Shown here one piece after another: positions 39,518-50,067 of a stretch of DNA of 64,000 nucleotides. The stretch spans positions 92,147-156,146 of the forward strand of contig CAVTNR010000012.1 in the NCBI GenBank assembly GCA_963736115.1, given 5' to 3'. The position numbers and the translations under genes were made by a program. The notes under the pieces are model-generated. The model was not told where the DNA came from, searched no databases, and worked only from the letters and a program-made list of their open reading frames with translations. Position 1 is the first letter of the stretch, and every line of letters starts with the position of its first letter. The DNA comes from an uncultured bacterium (GTDB taxonomy: Bacteria > Zhuqueibacterota > QNDG01 > DTFT01).

Positions 39518-41959
39518 ATGAAATCCCGGCCTGTCCTGAAGACAATTCCCATCCTGACCCTTCTGCTCATCACCGCTTGCCCGTTGCTGGATATAGCCGC
39601 AGGCGCCGCTTCTCCCCGAAAAGAGGATAATTTCAACGGGGATTGGAGATTCAAGCTTGGCGAAGTCTCGGACGGCCAAGCGGCCGGCCTGGACGATTCC
39701 GGATGGAGAAGCCTGACTCTTCCCCACGACTGGAGCATAGAAGGTGAATTCAGCGAATCGCACCCCGCCTCTCCGGGTGGCGGCGCCCTGCCGGGCGGCA
39801 TCGGATGGTACCGCAGGACATTCAGCATCAGCGATGCGGACCGGGGGGGGCTGGTTTTCGCGGATTTCGACGGTATCTATCGAAACGCCGAAGTCTGGAT
39901 CAACGGCAAATCCCTGGGCCTGCGGCCCTCTGGATACAGCTCCTTCAGGCTGGAGCTGACCCCATTCCTCAATTACGGCGATATTCCGAACGTGCTGGCC
40001 GTGCGCGTGGACAACTCGGCACAGCCCAATTCCAGATGGTACTCGGGGTCCGGCATATACCGGAACGTCCGGCTCGTGACCACGGGCCGGATTTTTACGG
40101 ACCTCTGGGGCGTTTTCATCACCACGCCCGAGACAGGCACTGAAAGGGCATCGGTCCGCGCTGAAATCCGTCTCCGGAACCGGACCCGGTCCGACCGGAC
40201 GGTCACGGTCTCAACCCTTTTCCGCGACGACCGCGGCGCATCGGCCGCGGAAGCCTCGGCCGATGTTCTCGTACCCGCGGATTCCTACGCGTCCGTGGTC
40301 CTGAACGCGGAGATCCGGAACCCCGGACTGTGGTCCGTCGACTCGCCCCGGCTGTACACGGCCGAGACCGCGATTCGTGACGGAGCCGAAACCCTCGATG
40401 CCGTGACCACGCCTTTCGGCATACGGAGTTTCGTTTTCGACCGGGAGAAGGGATTCCTCCTCAACGGCAGGCCGGTGAAGATACTCGGCGTGTGCAACCA
40501 CCACGACCTCGGCTGTCTCGGCGCGGCCGTGAACCGGCGGGCCCTGGAGCGCCAGCTCGAAATCCTCAAAGACATGGGCTGCAACGCCATCCGCACGTCC
40601 CACAACCCGCCCGCGCCGGAACTGCTGGACCTCTGCGACCGCATGGGATTTCTCGTCATGGACGAGGCCTTTGACATGTGGCGGAAGAAGAAAACCGAAT
40701 TCGATTATTCCGCGGACTTCGACGCCTGGCACCGCCGCGACCTCGAGGCCATGGTCCTCCGCGACCGGAACCACCCGTCCGTGTTCGCCTGGAGCATCGG
40801 GAACGAGATTCTGGAACAGTGGGACAGCACGGGCACGCCCCTGGCGGTCGAACTGGCCGGCATCGTGCGGTCCCTGGATCCGACGCGGCCCGTCACTTCG
40901 GCCTGCAATGACCCGAAGCCCGGGAACGCAATCCTCCTCTCCGGAGCTCTCGATCTGATCGGATACAACTACCACCACGACACGTTCGCCGATTTCCTCC
41001 GGACCTTCCCGGAGGGCGCGTTCATCGGCGCCGAGACGACCTCGGCCCTGGCCACGCGCGGCCGCTATGACATGCCGTCCGACAGCATCCGGCGCTGGCC
41101 GGTTGCGTGGGACAAGCCTTTCACGGATGGGAACCCGGACCACACCTGTTCCGCTTATGACAACTGCTCCGCGCCCTGGGGATCCACGCACGAGGAGACC
41201 TGGCGGATCATTCGAAAATATCCGTTCCTGTCGGGCCTCTTCATCTGGACGGGATTCGACTATCTGGGCGAGCCCACTCCCTACGGCTGGCCCGCGCGCT
41301 CCTCCTATTTCGGCATCTGCGACCTGGCCGGATTCCCCAAGGACGCGTACTACCTGTACCGGAGCGAGTGGACGGACGAGCCAGTGTTGCACGTGTTCCC
41401 CCACTGGAACTGGAAGGCCGGGGACACGGTGGACGTCTGGGCCTACACGAATTTCAGGACCGTGGAGCTCTTTCTCAACGGAAAATCGCTCGGGAAGAAG
41501 GAAAAAGCCGGGGATCTCCTGCGCCTCCAGTGGCGCGTGGCCTGGCAGCCGGGCGTTCTCAAAGCCGTGGGTACGAAACCCGGATGGAAAAACGCGGTCC
41601 GTGAAGTGCGCACGGCGGGGCCGCCCAGCCGCCTGGTTCTGGAGCCGGACCGCCGCCGCATCAGCGCGGACGGAGAGGATCTGTCCTTTGTCACCGTGCG
41701 CGTCACGGATGCGGACGGAATCATCGTGCCCCATGCCGCAAACCGCGTCGATTTCACCGTGACCGGGCCCGGAATCCTGGCCGGCACGGACAACGGCGAC
41801 CCGACCGACCACGATTCCTTTCAGTCCTCGTCCCGCAGGGCCATGGCCGGGCTGTGCCTGGCCGTCATCCGGTCCGCGGGCAGGCCGGGGACCGTGATCG
41901 TGCGGGCCAGAAGCGAGGGGCTTCAGCAGGCCGCGGCCGCGATCCGCGCCGAGGAATAA
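39518..41959 (+). CDS. glycoside hydrolase family 2 (beta-galactosidase/beta-glucuronidase-like)
   Basis: GH2 sugar-binding N-terminal domain (DWRF...WRSLTLPHDW), NHHD/NEP motifs in TIM barrel; signal peptide; RBS AAGGAG. Confidence 0.8.
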   Translation: MKSRPVLKTIPILTLLLITACPLLDIAAGAASPRKEDNFNGDWRFKLGEVSDGQAAGLDDSGWRSLTLPHDWSIEGEFSESHPASPGGGALPGGIGWYRRTFSISDADRGGLVFADFDGIYRNAEVWINGKSLGLRPSGYSSFRLELTPFLNYGDIPNVLAVRVDNSAQPNSRWYSGSGIYRNVRLVTTGRIFTDLWGVFITTPETGTERASVRAEIRLRNRTRSDRTVTVSTLFRDDRGASAAEASADVLVPADSYASVVLNAEIRNPGLWSVDSPRLYTAETAIRDGAETLDAVTTPFGIRSFVFDREKGFLLNGRPVKILGVCNHHDLGCLGAAVNRRALERQLEILKDMGCNAIRTSHNPPAPELLDLCDRMGFLVMDEAFDMWRKKKTEFDYSADFDAWHRRDLEAMVLRDRNHPSVFAWSIGNEILEQWDSTGTPLAVELAGIVRSLDPTRPVTSACNDPKPGNAILLSGALDLIGYNYHHDTFADFLRTFPEGAFIGAETTSALATRGRYDMPSDSIRRWPVAWDKPFTDGNPDHTCSAYDNCSAPWGSTHEETWRIIRKYPFLSGLFIWTGFDYLGEPTPYGWPARSSYFGICDLAGFPKDAYYLYRSEWTDEPVLHVFPHWNWKAGDTVDVWAYTNFRTVELFLNGKSLGKKEKAGDLLRLQWRVAWQPGVLKAVGTKPGWKNAVREVRTAGPPSRLVLEPDRRRISADGEDLSFVTVRVTDADGIIVPHAANRVDFTVTGPGILAGTDNGDPTDHDSFQSSSRRAMAGLCLAVIRSAGRPGTVIVRARSEGLQQAAAAIRAEE

Positions 41960-42194
41960 CGCACAGCGCACGGGGCAAAGCGCAGAGTATCTTTCTCGTT
42001 CCAACGGTCCCCGTGGGAACGCCTGCGATCGGCGCTCCACGCCATGCGTCATGTCCTTCCCGCAGTGCGCCGTGCCCCATGCGCTCTGCGCCGTGCAATC
42101 TTATTCTCCGGCCTGGGGCTCCCGCCCCTGGGCGGCTGATGCGCTTTGCCCTGTACGCCATCATTGGATCACTAAATAAAAGGAAGGACATCCG

Positions 42195-43496
42195 ATGCGA
42201 ACATTAAAAATGATACGGTTTGCCCGTCCGCTGAACGGGATTCTGGCTCTCGCCTTCCTCCTCCCCGCCGTCTCCTCGCAAGGCCAGATCGCCGCGGGAA
42301 AGGACAAGTTTCTCGGCAACATCATCGCGAACGGCTACAGCCCGCCGGCGCGGTTCGACACGTACTGGAACCAGGTGACCCCGGAGAACAGCGGCAAATG
42401 GGGATCCGTGGAGGGAACGCGGGATCAGATGAACTGGGGCAGCCTGGACAAGATCTACGAATACGCGAAACATCGCGAAATTCCATTCAGGATGCACACG
42501 CTGGTCTGGGGCCAGCAGCAGCCCGGCTGGATCGCCTCTCTTTCCCGGGAAGAACAGCTCGCGGAAGTCGAGGAGTGGATCGCCGAGTTCGGCGACCGGT
42601 ACCCTGAGACGGATTTCATCGACGTGGTCAACGAGCCCCTTCACGCGCCTCCGTCCTACATGAACGCCCTCGGCGGAAGCGGAAGCACGGGGTGGGACTG
42701 GGTGATCCGCGCGTTCGAGCTGGCGCGGGCCGCCTGCCCGGACGCCAAACTGCACCTGAACGACTACGGCATTCTGAACGACGCCGGGTCCACGACGCGC
42801 TACCTCGCCATCGTCAACCTGCTGAAGGACCGCGGCCTGATCGACGGAATCTGTGAACAGGGCCATTTCTTCGAATCGACGCCCATACAGACCCTCACCT
42901 CCAATCTCAACCGGTTCGCGGCCGTCGGCCTGCCGGTCTTCATCACGGAACACGACGTGAACATCGCGGACGACACGGCGCAGCTGAACCGGTACAAGCA
43001 GCTCTTTCCCGTTTTCTGGGGCCACTCCGCCGTTCAGGGGATGACCCTCTGGGGCTACATTCAGAGTCAGATCTGGCGGACCGACGCCTGGCTGATCAAC
43101 AGCAAGGGCGTCGAAAGGCCGGCGATGGAATGGCTCAAGGATTACGTGGCGAATGCGACGGCCGTCGATGCCGGACCGGCCGGGCCCGGCTCCGCGCCGG
43201 GAAGCTTCCGCCTGCACCCGAACTCGCCCAATCCGTTCAATCCGTCCACCCGGATCGCGTATGAACTCACCGAACCGGCGCATGTGCGGATCGAAGTGTT
43301 CGATCTGAAGGGCCGGAGGATCGCGGTTCCGGTGGACAGCCGGACCGCAGCCGGCTTTCATGAAACCGGGTGGGAGGCCCGCGACCGGTCGGGCCGAAGC
43401 CTGCCCGGAGGCGTGTATGTATATCGGATGACCGTCGCGGATGGGAGCGGCCGGGTGCGCCCCGTGCAATCCAGGACCATGCTCCTGCTGAAGTGA
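42195..43496 (+). CDS. GH10-like endo-1,4-beta-xylanase with T9SS C-terminal sorting domain
   Basis: YWNQVTPENSGKW, HTLVWGQQQPGW, VVNEP acid/base, ITEHDV nucleophile region; C-terminal NSPNPFNPSTRIAYEL...GVYVYRM. Confidence 0.75.
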   Translation: MRTLKMIRFARPLNGILALAFLLPAVSSQGQIAAGKDKFLGNIIANGYSPPARFDTYWNQVTPENSGKWGSVEGTRDQMNWGSLDKIYEYAKHREIPFRMHTLVWGQQQPGWIASLSREEQLAEVEEWIAEFGDRYPETDFIDVVNEPLHAPPSYMNALGGSGSTGWDWVIRAFELARAACPDAKLHLNDYGILNDAGSTTRYLAIVNLLKDRGLIDGICEQGHFFESTPIQTLTSNLNRFAAVGLPVFITEHDVNIADDTAQLNRYKQLFPVFWGHSAVQGMTLWGYIQSQIWRTDAWLINSKGVERPAMEWLKDYVANATAVDAGPAGPGSAPGSFRLHPNSPNPFNPSTRIAYELTEPAHVRIEVFDLKGRRIAVPVDSRTAAGFHETGWEARDRSGRSLPGGVYVYRMTVADGSGRVRPVQSRTMLLLK

Positions 43497-43658
43497 AAAC
43501 GCCGGGGGCACGGGGCAAAACGCAGGGGGGCAGTAAAATTTATCGTTCCCACGGTCCCCGTGGGGACGCCCGCTCCCGGCGCTCCGCGACGTGACTTTTT
43601 CGCTGTACGCTTTGCTGTTCTCGACAATCCATTCATTCAACAAAAAAAGGACCGCCTC

Positions 43659-44930
43659 ATGCGTCGTCTCGCGACATGTCTGTTCCTCATCGCCCTCCTG
43701 CTTCCGGCCGCCTCTTCGCGGAGCCAGTTCATGAGCGGCAGGGACAAATTCCTCGGATGCATCATCCAGGGCGGCTCGTCCATCCCCAGATCCTGGCCCA
43801 CCTACTGGAATCAGGTGACGCCCGAAAACGCAAGCAAGTGGGGCTCCGTCGAGTACAGCCGCGACTCGTACAACTGGGCCAACCTGGACCAGGCGTACAA
43901 TTACGCCAAGACGAACGGATACCCGTTCCGGTTTCACTGTCTCGTCTGGGGCAAACAGCAGCCCGGGTGGATCGCGGATCTCGATTCCGCGCAGCAGATC
44001 GAGGAGATCGAGGAGTGGTTCACCCTGGCCGGCGAGCGGTACCCGGAGGCCGATTACGTCGAAGTGGTCAACGAAGCCATTGAATGGCCCCCGTACGACT
44101 ACTATCCGAGCTACCGCAACGCGCTCGGCGGCGCCGGCGCCACGGGCTGGGATTGGGTGATCAAAGCATTTGAAATGGCGCGGCAGGCATTTCCGGATTC
44201 GAAGCTCCTGCTGAACGAATACCAGCTCTTCGGCGGCAACAAGTCCATGACCACCTGGCTCACAATCGTCAACCTGCTGAAGGAGCGGAACCTCATCGAC
44301 GGCGTTTGCGAGCAGGGGCACTTTCTCGAAAGCGCCGGCGCCGCGGGCATCAAGAGCCGTCTGGACCAGATGGCCGCGACCGGACTGCCCATTCAGATCA
44401 CCGAATTCGACCTGAACTTCGCGGACGACACCCAGCAGTTGAACAAGTACAAGGCTATATTCCCCGCCCTGTGGGAGCATCCGGCGGTCGAGGGCATCAC
44501 GTTCTGGGGGTACATCCAGGGTACGATGTGGCGGACCGATGGATGGCTGCTCTCCAGCAGGGGCGTCGAGCGTTCGGCCCTGGTGTGGCTCAAGGAATAC
44601 ATCGCGAACTGGACGTCCGCCGTTTCCGGACCCGCTGAAGCCCCGGGTCCGGAAGGCTACAGCCTTCTGCCGAACTTTCCGAATCCGTTCAACCCCTCCA
44701 CGTCCATCCGCTTCACTTTGCCGGCGGCGGGCCGGGCGGACGTGTGCATTCTCGACGTGTCCGGCCGGACCGTGGCCTTGCTGGCCTCCGGCTTCAGGTC
44801 CGCGGGCCTGCACACCGTGCAGTGGAACGGTCTGGACGACACGGGCGCCGCGGTTCCGGCAGGCGTGTATTTCTGCCGGATGAACGCCGGTCCTTTCACT
44901 GAAACCCGCAAGCTGACGCTGGTCAAATGA
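43659..44930 (+). CDS. GH10-like endo-1,4-beta-xylanase paralog with T9SS C-terminal sorting domain
   Basis: same motifs as upstream gene; C-terminal FPNPFNPSTSIRFTL...GVYFCRM. Confidence 0.75.
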   Translation: MRRLATCLFLIALLLPAASSRSQFMSGRDKFLGCIIQGGSSIPRSWPTYWNQVTPENASKWGSVEYSRDSYNWANLDQAYNYAKTNGYPFRFHCLVWGKQQPGWIADLDSAQQIEEIEEWFTLAGERYPEADYVEVVNEAIEWPPYDYYPSYRNALGGAGATGWDWVIKAFEMARQAFPDSKLLLNEYQLFGGNKSMTTWLTIVNLLKERNLIDGVCEQGHFLESAGAAGIKSRLDQMAATGLPIQITEFDLNFADDTQQLNKYKAIFPALWEHPAVEGITFWGYIQGTMWRTDGWLLSSRGVERSALVWLKEYIANWTSAVSGPAEAPGPEGYSLLPNFPNPFNPSTSIRFTLPAAGRADVCILDVSGRTVALLASGFRSAGLHTVQWNGLDDTGAAVPAGVYFCRMNAGPFTETRKLTLVK

Positions 44931-46630
44931 GACGCATCCTCATGCTCGCGGCCTTGGCAATCGCACTTGCGATCGGCCTTCACGCGGACGAGCCCCAGGG
45001 ATTCTTCATGGACGGCTTCGTCCAGCGGCACGCCGCGGTTCCGGCGCACATCCCGGAAAAACCGCCCCGGGGAAAACCCGATGTCACGGTCACGCTGCAT
45101 GCCGGCGACGTCCGGGGCCGCGTCTCCCCACTGCTGCGGGGGGACAATGCCAATGTCTACATGGGACAGATCGTCTCAGAGCCGGTTCTGCTCGGCCATC
45201 TGAAAACGCTCGCGCCCGCCGTGCTCCGGTATCCGGGCGGCAACCTGTCCAACCAGTTCTTCTGGAACGCGGCGCCGGGCGACACCCCGCGGGACGCGCC
45301 CGACTCCCTGATCTTTCAGGGCGCCCGCAAGCCGGCCGGATACTGGTCCGGCCGGAGCGAAGACACGCTCCATCTGTCCGTGGACAATTATTACCGGGTG
45401 CTGGCGGCGACAGGCGCCGCGGGCCTGATCTGCGTCAATTACGGGTATGCCCGGTATGAAACCGGCCCTGATCCCGTGCCCGCGGCCGCCGGACTTGCCG
45501 CGGACTGGGTGCGGACCGACAACGGCCGCACCCGTTACTGGGAGATCGGCAACGAGAACTTCGGGCCCTGGCAGGCGGGGTTCGAGATCGACTCCGCATC
45601 CTGCGGAGACGGCCGGCCGCGCATCATCTCCGGAGCCGAGTACGGCCGGCATTTCCTCGTGTTCGCCGATTCGATGCGGGCCGCGGCCCGGAGCGTCGGA
45701 ACGGACATCCGGATCGGCGCGGTCATGGTCGAAGTCGACAAGGGCCCGGACTGGTACAATCCCGTGGAGGCGGACTGGAACCGTCAGGTGCTCGAAGCCG
45801 CGGGCGGGGCCATGGACTTCTTCTCCATCCACAGCTACTTCACCCCGTACAATGAGAATTCAAGCCCGGAGGTCATTCTCGCATCCGCCGGCACGGAGCT
45901 GGACCGCATGATGCGGCACATGGAGAATCTATGCGCCGCCCATGGCATTCCCGTGAAACCGGCCGCCCTGACCGAATGGAACATCTTCGCGACCGGCTCG
46001 GGCCAGCAGACTTCTTTCATCAATGCGCTGCACGCGAGTCTGGTGCTCGGCCACCTGGCGGATCAGCGGTTCGGCCTGTCGGCCCGCTGGGATCTCGTGA
46101 ACCGGTGGGACAACGGCAATGACCACGGGCTTTTCAATTACGGGGATGAACCCGGAGCGGCCAGATGGAACCCGCGTCCCGCGTATTTCCCGATCTATTA
46201 TTTCGGAAAATATTTCGGAGACCGCATGATCCGATCCACGGTCTCACGGCCGGAAACGCCGCTTTGGGACGCCTCCGCTTCATCGCCGCATCCGGCCGGA
46301 GACGTTCAGGCTTTCGCCTCGCTGTTCAGTTCCGGCGAGGCCGGGCTGATGCTGGTGAACACAGGCGTCCGGGACAGGACGGTTCGGATAGAAGCGGACG
46401 GTTTCCGTGCCTCGGGCCGGTACTACCGGGTTTCTCTGACCGGCGGAGACGACACCGCGCCCTTTTCGCGCATGATTTTCGTGAACGGCCGCGGACCGGA
46501 AGGCCCGTCCGGGGGCCCGATCGGGGAACTGAAGCGCATTCCCGCCTGGTCGCGGAAAATACGGGGACCTTTCGCGGTTCCTTTGCAGGCCCGGTCCGTT
46601 CAATTCATCCTGATCGAAGGGAAACGCTGA
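44927..46630 (+). CDS. clan GH-A glycoside hydrolase (GH51/GH39-like, possible alpha-L-arabinofuranosidase)
   Basis: RYPGGNLSNQFFW, WEIGNENFGPWQ (acid/base), LTEWNIF (nucleophile) pattern. Confidence 0.5.
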   Translation: MRRILMLAALAIALAIGLHADEPQGFFMDGFVQRHAAVPAHIPEKPPRGKPDVTVTLHAGDVRGRVSPLLRGDNANVYMGQIVSEPVLLGHLKTLAPAVLRYPGGNLSNQFFWNAAPGDTPRDAPDSLIFQGARKPAGYWSGRSEDTLHLSVDNYYRVLAATGAAGLICVNYGYARYETGPDPVPAAAGLAADWVRTDNGRTRYWEIGNENFGPWQAGFEIDSASCGDGRPRIISGAEYGRHFLVFADSMRAAARSVGTDIRIGAVMVEVDKGPDWYNPVEADWNRQVLEAAGGAMDFFSIHSYFTPYNENSSPEVILASAGTELDRMMRHMENLCAAHGIPVKPAALTEWNIFATGSGQQTSFINALHASLVLGHLADQRFGLSARWDLVNRWDNGNDHGLFNYGDEPGAARWNPRPAYFPIYYFGKYFGDRMIRSTVSRPETPLWDASASSPHPAGDVQAFASLFSSGEAGLMLVNTGVRDRTVRIEADGFRASGRYYRVSLTGGDDTAPFSRMIFVNGRGPEGPSGGPIGELKRIPAWSRKIRGPFAVPLQARSVQFILIEGKR

Positions 46631-46809
46631 AAACCTCCCTTTCCCGCGCAGACTGACGGAGGATCCATGACGCTTCTGCTTCCCCTCTTCCTCGCATGGC
46701 TCAATCCGATCTCCGGCACGGCCGTCGATCCCGCGGCCGTGGTTGCCGTGCGGGTGGACGTCCGCCTCCGGAACGAGCATTCGTCCGGGATCCTGGAATG
46801 GGCGGTGGA

Positions 46810-49800
46810 ATGAGACGGGCTTCCCGCCGGCCGGGGGCGCGTCCGGCCGCCGCCGTTCTGGCGGCGCTCCTTTTCGTCTCGGAACTGGCGGGCCAGCCGA
46901 AACGCCTCCAGTTCCGGCAGCTGACCCCGGATGAGGGGCTCTCGTCATCGACGGTGACCTGCATTCTGCAGGACTCTCGCGGCTTCATGTGGATCGGCAC
47001 GTACAACGGCCTGAACCGCTATGACGGATCGCGCTTCACCGTGTTCCGCTACAATTCCCTCGATTCCACGTCCGTTCCGCACAACCTGATCTGGCAGATA
47101 TTCGAGGACCGCGCCGGAACTCTGTGGATCGCCACCGCGGCCGGCCTGTCGCGTTTCGACTGGGAACGGGACCGTTTCGTCCGCATGAAGACCAGCGCGT
47201 CCATCGCGGCGCCCGGCTTGAGCTACGGTGTGCAGAGCGTGGCGGAGGATTCGTCGGGTGAACTCTGGCTCGGCACGACCGTCGGTGTGGTGAAGTTCGA
47301 TCCGTCGGACGGACGGACCACCGTCTATCGGCATGATCCCGGAAATCCCGGGAGCCTCAGCCAGGATTACGTCGAATGCGTCGCCGTTGACAGCCGGAAC
47401 CGCTTGTGGGTCAGCACGCGGAACGGCCTGAACCGCTTTTCCCCCGAAACCGGAACGTTCCGCCGGTTCATGACCGACCCCCGCGTACCCGGGGAGCCTT
47501 CGACCCGCGCCTACTTCCAGGACATCGTGGAGGACCGGACCGGCACGCTCTGGATCGGCTCGCTCGGCATGGGACTTTTCTCGATGCCGATGGACGCGCC
47601 GTCCGAGAAGACGATGGTCAATTACCGGCGCCATCCCGGGGATCCCCGGAGCCTTTCCGGCGACCGCGTGCTCTGCCTGTACGTCGATTCGCGGGACCAG
47701 CTCTGGGTCGGCACGGAAAACGCGGGCCTCAACCTCTGGGACCGGACCCGTCGCTCGTTCTGGCGTTACGAGCCCGACCTGTACAATCCCTCGAGCCTGA
47801 GCAACAATTCCATCCACGCGGTGTTCCAGGACCGCACGGGCAATTTCTGGATCGGCACTTTCGCGGGCGGAGTCAATGTCTCGAAATTCAACGGCGACGC
47901 CATTGTCCATTACCAGTCCATCCCCGGCGTGACCGGCAGCCTGAGCAACAACGTGGTGACGTCTTTCGCCGAGGACCCGCTCGGCCGGATCTGGATCGGC
48001 ACGGACGGCGGCGGATTGAACCGTTTCGACTCCGAACGGGAGCGGTTCCGGAGCTGGCGGACGGGCAACAGCAATCTTAAAAGCGACGCCGTCATCTCGG
48101 TGTGCGTCGACTCCAGGCGGCGGCTTTGGGCGGGCACCTGGGGCGCCGGCCTGAACCGTTTCGACCCGGAACGGGGCGTGTTCACCGCCTTCACCACGGC
48201 CAACAGCGGTATTCCCGAGAACAACATCCTGGTCGTGAAGGAAGGCCGAGACGGCCGGCTCTGGCTCGGCAGTTTCCAGAGCGGCCTCATCCGGTTCGAT
48301 CCCGCCAACGGGAGCTTCACTTCATTCTCGACGCGGAACAGCGGGCTCAGCAATGAGATGATCTCCGACATCGAGACAGGTCCGGGCGACGTTCTGTTCG
48401 TCGGCACGTACTTCGGATTCAACGTGTTCGATATTTCGACCGGTCAGTGCACCGTGTATCACCACGAACCGGGGAACCCCGCAAGCCTCAGCGACGACAC
48501 CGTCATGGACCTGATGGCCGTCGGCGACACAACCGTGTGGGTGGGGACAATGGACGGCCTGAACCGTTTCAATCTGCGGACCCGTACCTTCACGCGCTTC
48601 TCACACGGGGACGGTCTGCCGGACAACGTCATCAAGGGCATCGTGCAGGATCCCGCAGGAAAGGACCTCTGGGTCACCACCGAAAAAGGCGTCTGCCGGT
48701 TCAATCCCCTCCAGCGCCGCGGCCGTACATTCACGCGGGAGGACGGCCTCGAGAGCAATGAAAGCGCCCAGCGGAGCGTGCTGGCGACCCGCGACGGCCG
48801 CATCCTCTGCGGAGGCGCCAAGGGGTTCAACGTCGTCTACCCGGATCGGATCGGCGAGAACCGGATTCTGCCCCGTCTGATCTTCACCAATTTTCTGATG
48901 GCCAACCGGCCGGTGCCGGTCGGCGTGAAGGATTCCCCCCTGCCGGCCCACATCTCCGGCCTCCGGGAGATCACCCTCCCCTACCGGACGCCGGGCTTCA
49001 CCATCACGTTCGCGGTCATGGATTTCACGATTCCGGAGAAGAACCAGTACGCCTACCGGATGGACGGATTCGACCGCGGCTGGATCGAGGCGGGAACCCA
49101 GTCCGCCGCCACCTATGCCGGCCTCGGGCCCGGCCGCTATGTCTTCCGCGTAAAAGGGGCGAACAACGACGGGCTGTGGAACGAGAACGGCGCCTCCCTG
49201 CGCATCCGCATCAGGCCGCCCTGGTGGAGGACAGGCTGGTTTCTCGGCGCCGCGTTCGTCGGCCTGTCCGCGCTCCTGTTCGCCGGCATCCGCCTGCGGC
49301 TCCGCGGCGAACGCCGCCGGAACGCCGAGCTCGAGAAGCGCATCCGCGAGCGCACCGCGGCGCTCGAGCGCTCGAATCGGGACCTCGAAGCCTTCAGTTA
49401 TTCCGTTTCGCATGACCTGCGGGCCCCCCTGCGCAGTCTGAACGGATTCAGCAAGTCCCTGATCGACGACTGGGGGGACCGTCTGGACGAGACGGGACGC
49501 GATTACCTGAACCGGATCCGCAAAGCCAGCGAGCGCATGGGGCTCCTGATCGACGAACTGCTGAAACTGTCTCGTCTCACGCGCAAAGGCACGGCGTTCC
49601 GCGAGGTGGAGCTCGGCCTTCTGGCCCGGTCCGTCATGGACGAGATCGCCCGTCTTCATCCGGAACACCGGCCGGACCTCGTCTGCGCGGACGGCTGCAG
49701 GGTACAGGGGGATAAACCGCTTCTCGCCGTCCTGCTCCGGAACCTGATCGACAATGCGTGGAAATTCAGCTCCCGCCGGACCGATGCGCGCATCGAATTC

Positions 49801-50067
49801 GGCCGCGTCGAAAACGGCGGCGGGCCGGTGTATTTCGTCCGCGACAACGGTGTCGGCTTTGACATGGCCTATTCGAAAAACCTGTTCGACACTTTCGAGC
49901 GCCAGCATCCGGATTTCGACGGCACGGGCATCGGCCTGGCCATGGTCAAGCGCATCGTGGACCGGCACGGCGGGAGCGTCTGGGCCGAAGGACAGGTCGG
50001 CGTGGGCGCAACCTTCTATTTCACGATCGGCCGCAGGTCGGCGCCCGGCGGAACGGCCGCCGGATGA
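46810..50067 (+). CDS. sensor histidine kinase with periplasmic two-component-regulator propeller repeats and Y_Y_Y domain (HTCS-like but lacking REC/AraC)
   Basis: many Reg_prop-like repeats (WIGT..GL.RFD), Y_Y_Y, single TM, HisKA (SHDLRAPLR) and HATPase_c motifs. Confidence 0.75.
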   Translation: MRRASRRPGARPAAAVLAALLFVSELAGQPKRLQFRQLTPDEGLSSSTVTCILQDSRGFMWIGTYNGLNRYDGSRFTVFRYNSLDSTSVPHNLIWQIFEDRAGTLWIATAAGLSRFDWERDRFVRMKTSASIAAPGLSYGVQSVAEDSSGELWLGTTVGVVKFDPSDGRTTVYRHDPGNPGSLSQDYVECVAVDSRNRLWVSTRNGLNRFSPETGTFRRFMTDPRVPGEPSTRAYFQDIVEDRTGTLWIGSLGMGLFSMPMDAPSEKTMVNYRRHPGDPRSLSGDRVLCLYVDSRDQLWVGTENAGLNLWDRTRRSFWRYEPDLYNPSSLSNNSIHAVFQDRTGNFWIGTFAGGVNVSKFNGDAIVHYQSIPGVTGSLSNNVVTSFAEDPLGRIWIGTDGGGLNRFDSERERFRSWRTGNSNLKSDAVISVCVDSRRRLWAGTWGAGLNRFDPERGVFTAFTTANSGIPENNILVVKEGRDGRLWLGSFQSGLIRFDPANGSFTSFSTRNSGLSNEMISDIETGPGDVLFVGTYFGFNVFDISTGQCTVYHHEPGNPASLSDDTVMDLMAVGDTTVWVGTMDGLNRFNLRTRTFTRFSHGDGLPDNVIKGIVQDPAGKDLWVTTEKGVCRFNPLQRRGRTFTREDGLESNESAQRSVLATRDGRILCGGAKGFNVVYPDRIGENRILPRLIFTNFLMANRPVPVGVKDSPLPAHISGLREITLPYRTPGFTITFAVMDFTIPEKNQYAYRMDGFDRGWIEAGTQSAATYAGLGPGRYVFRVKGANNDGLWNENGASLRIRIRPPWWRTGWFLGAAFVGLSALLFAGIRLRLRGERRRNAELEKRIRERTAALERSNRDLEAFSYSVSHDLRAPLRSLNGFSKSLIDDWGDRLDETGRDYLNRIRKASERMGLLIDELLKLSRLTRKGTAFREVELGLLARSVMDEIARLHPEHRPDLVCADGCRVQGDKPLLAVLLRNLIDNAWKFSSRRTDARIEFGRVENGGGPVYFVRDNGVGFDMAYSKNLFDTFERQHPDFDGTGIGLAMVKRIVDRHGGSVWAEGQVGVGATFYFTIGRRSAPGGTAAG

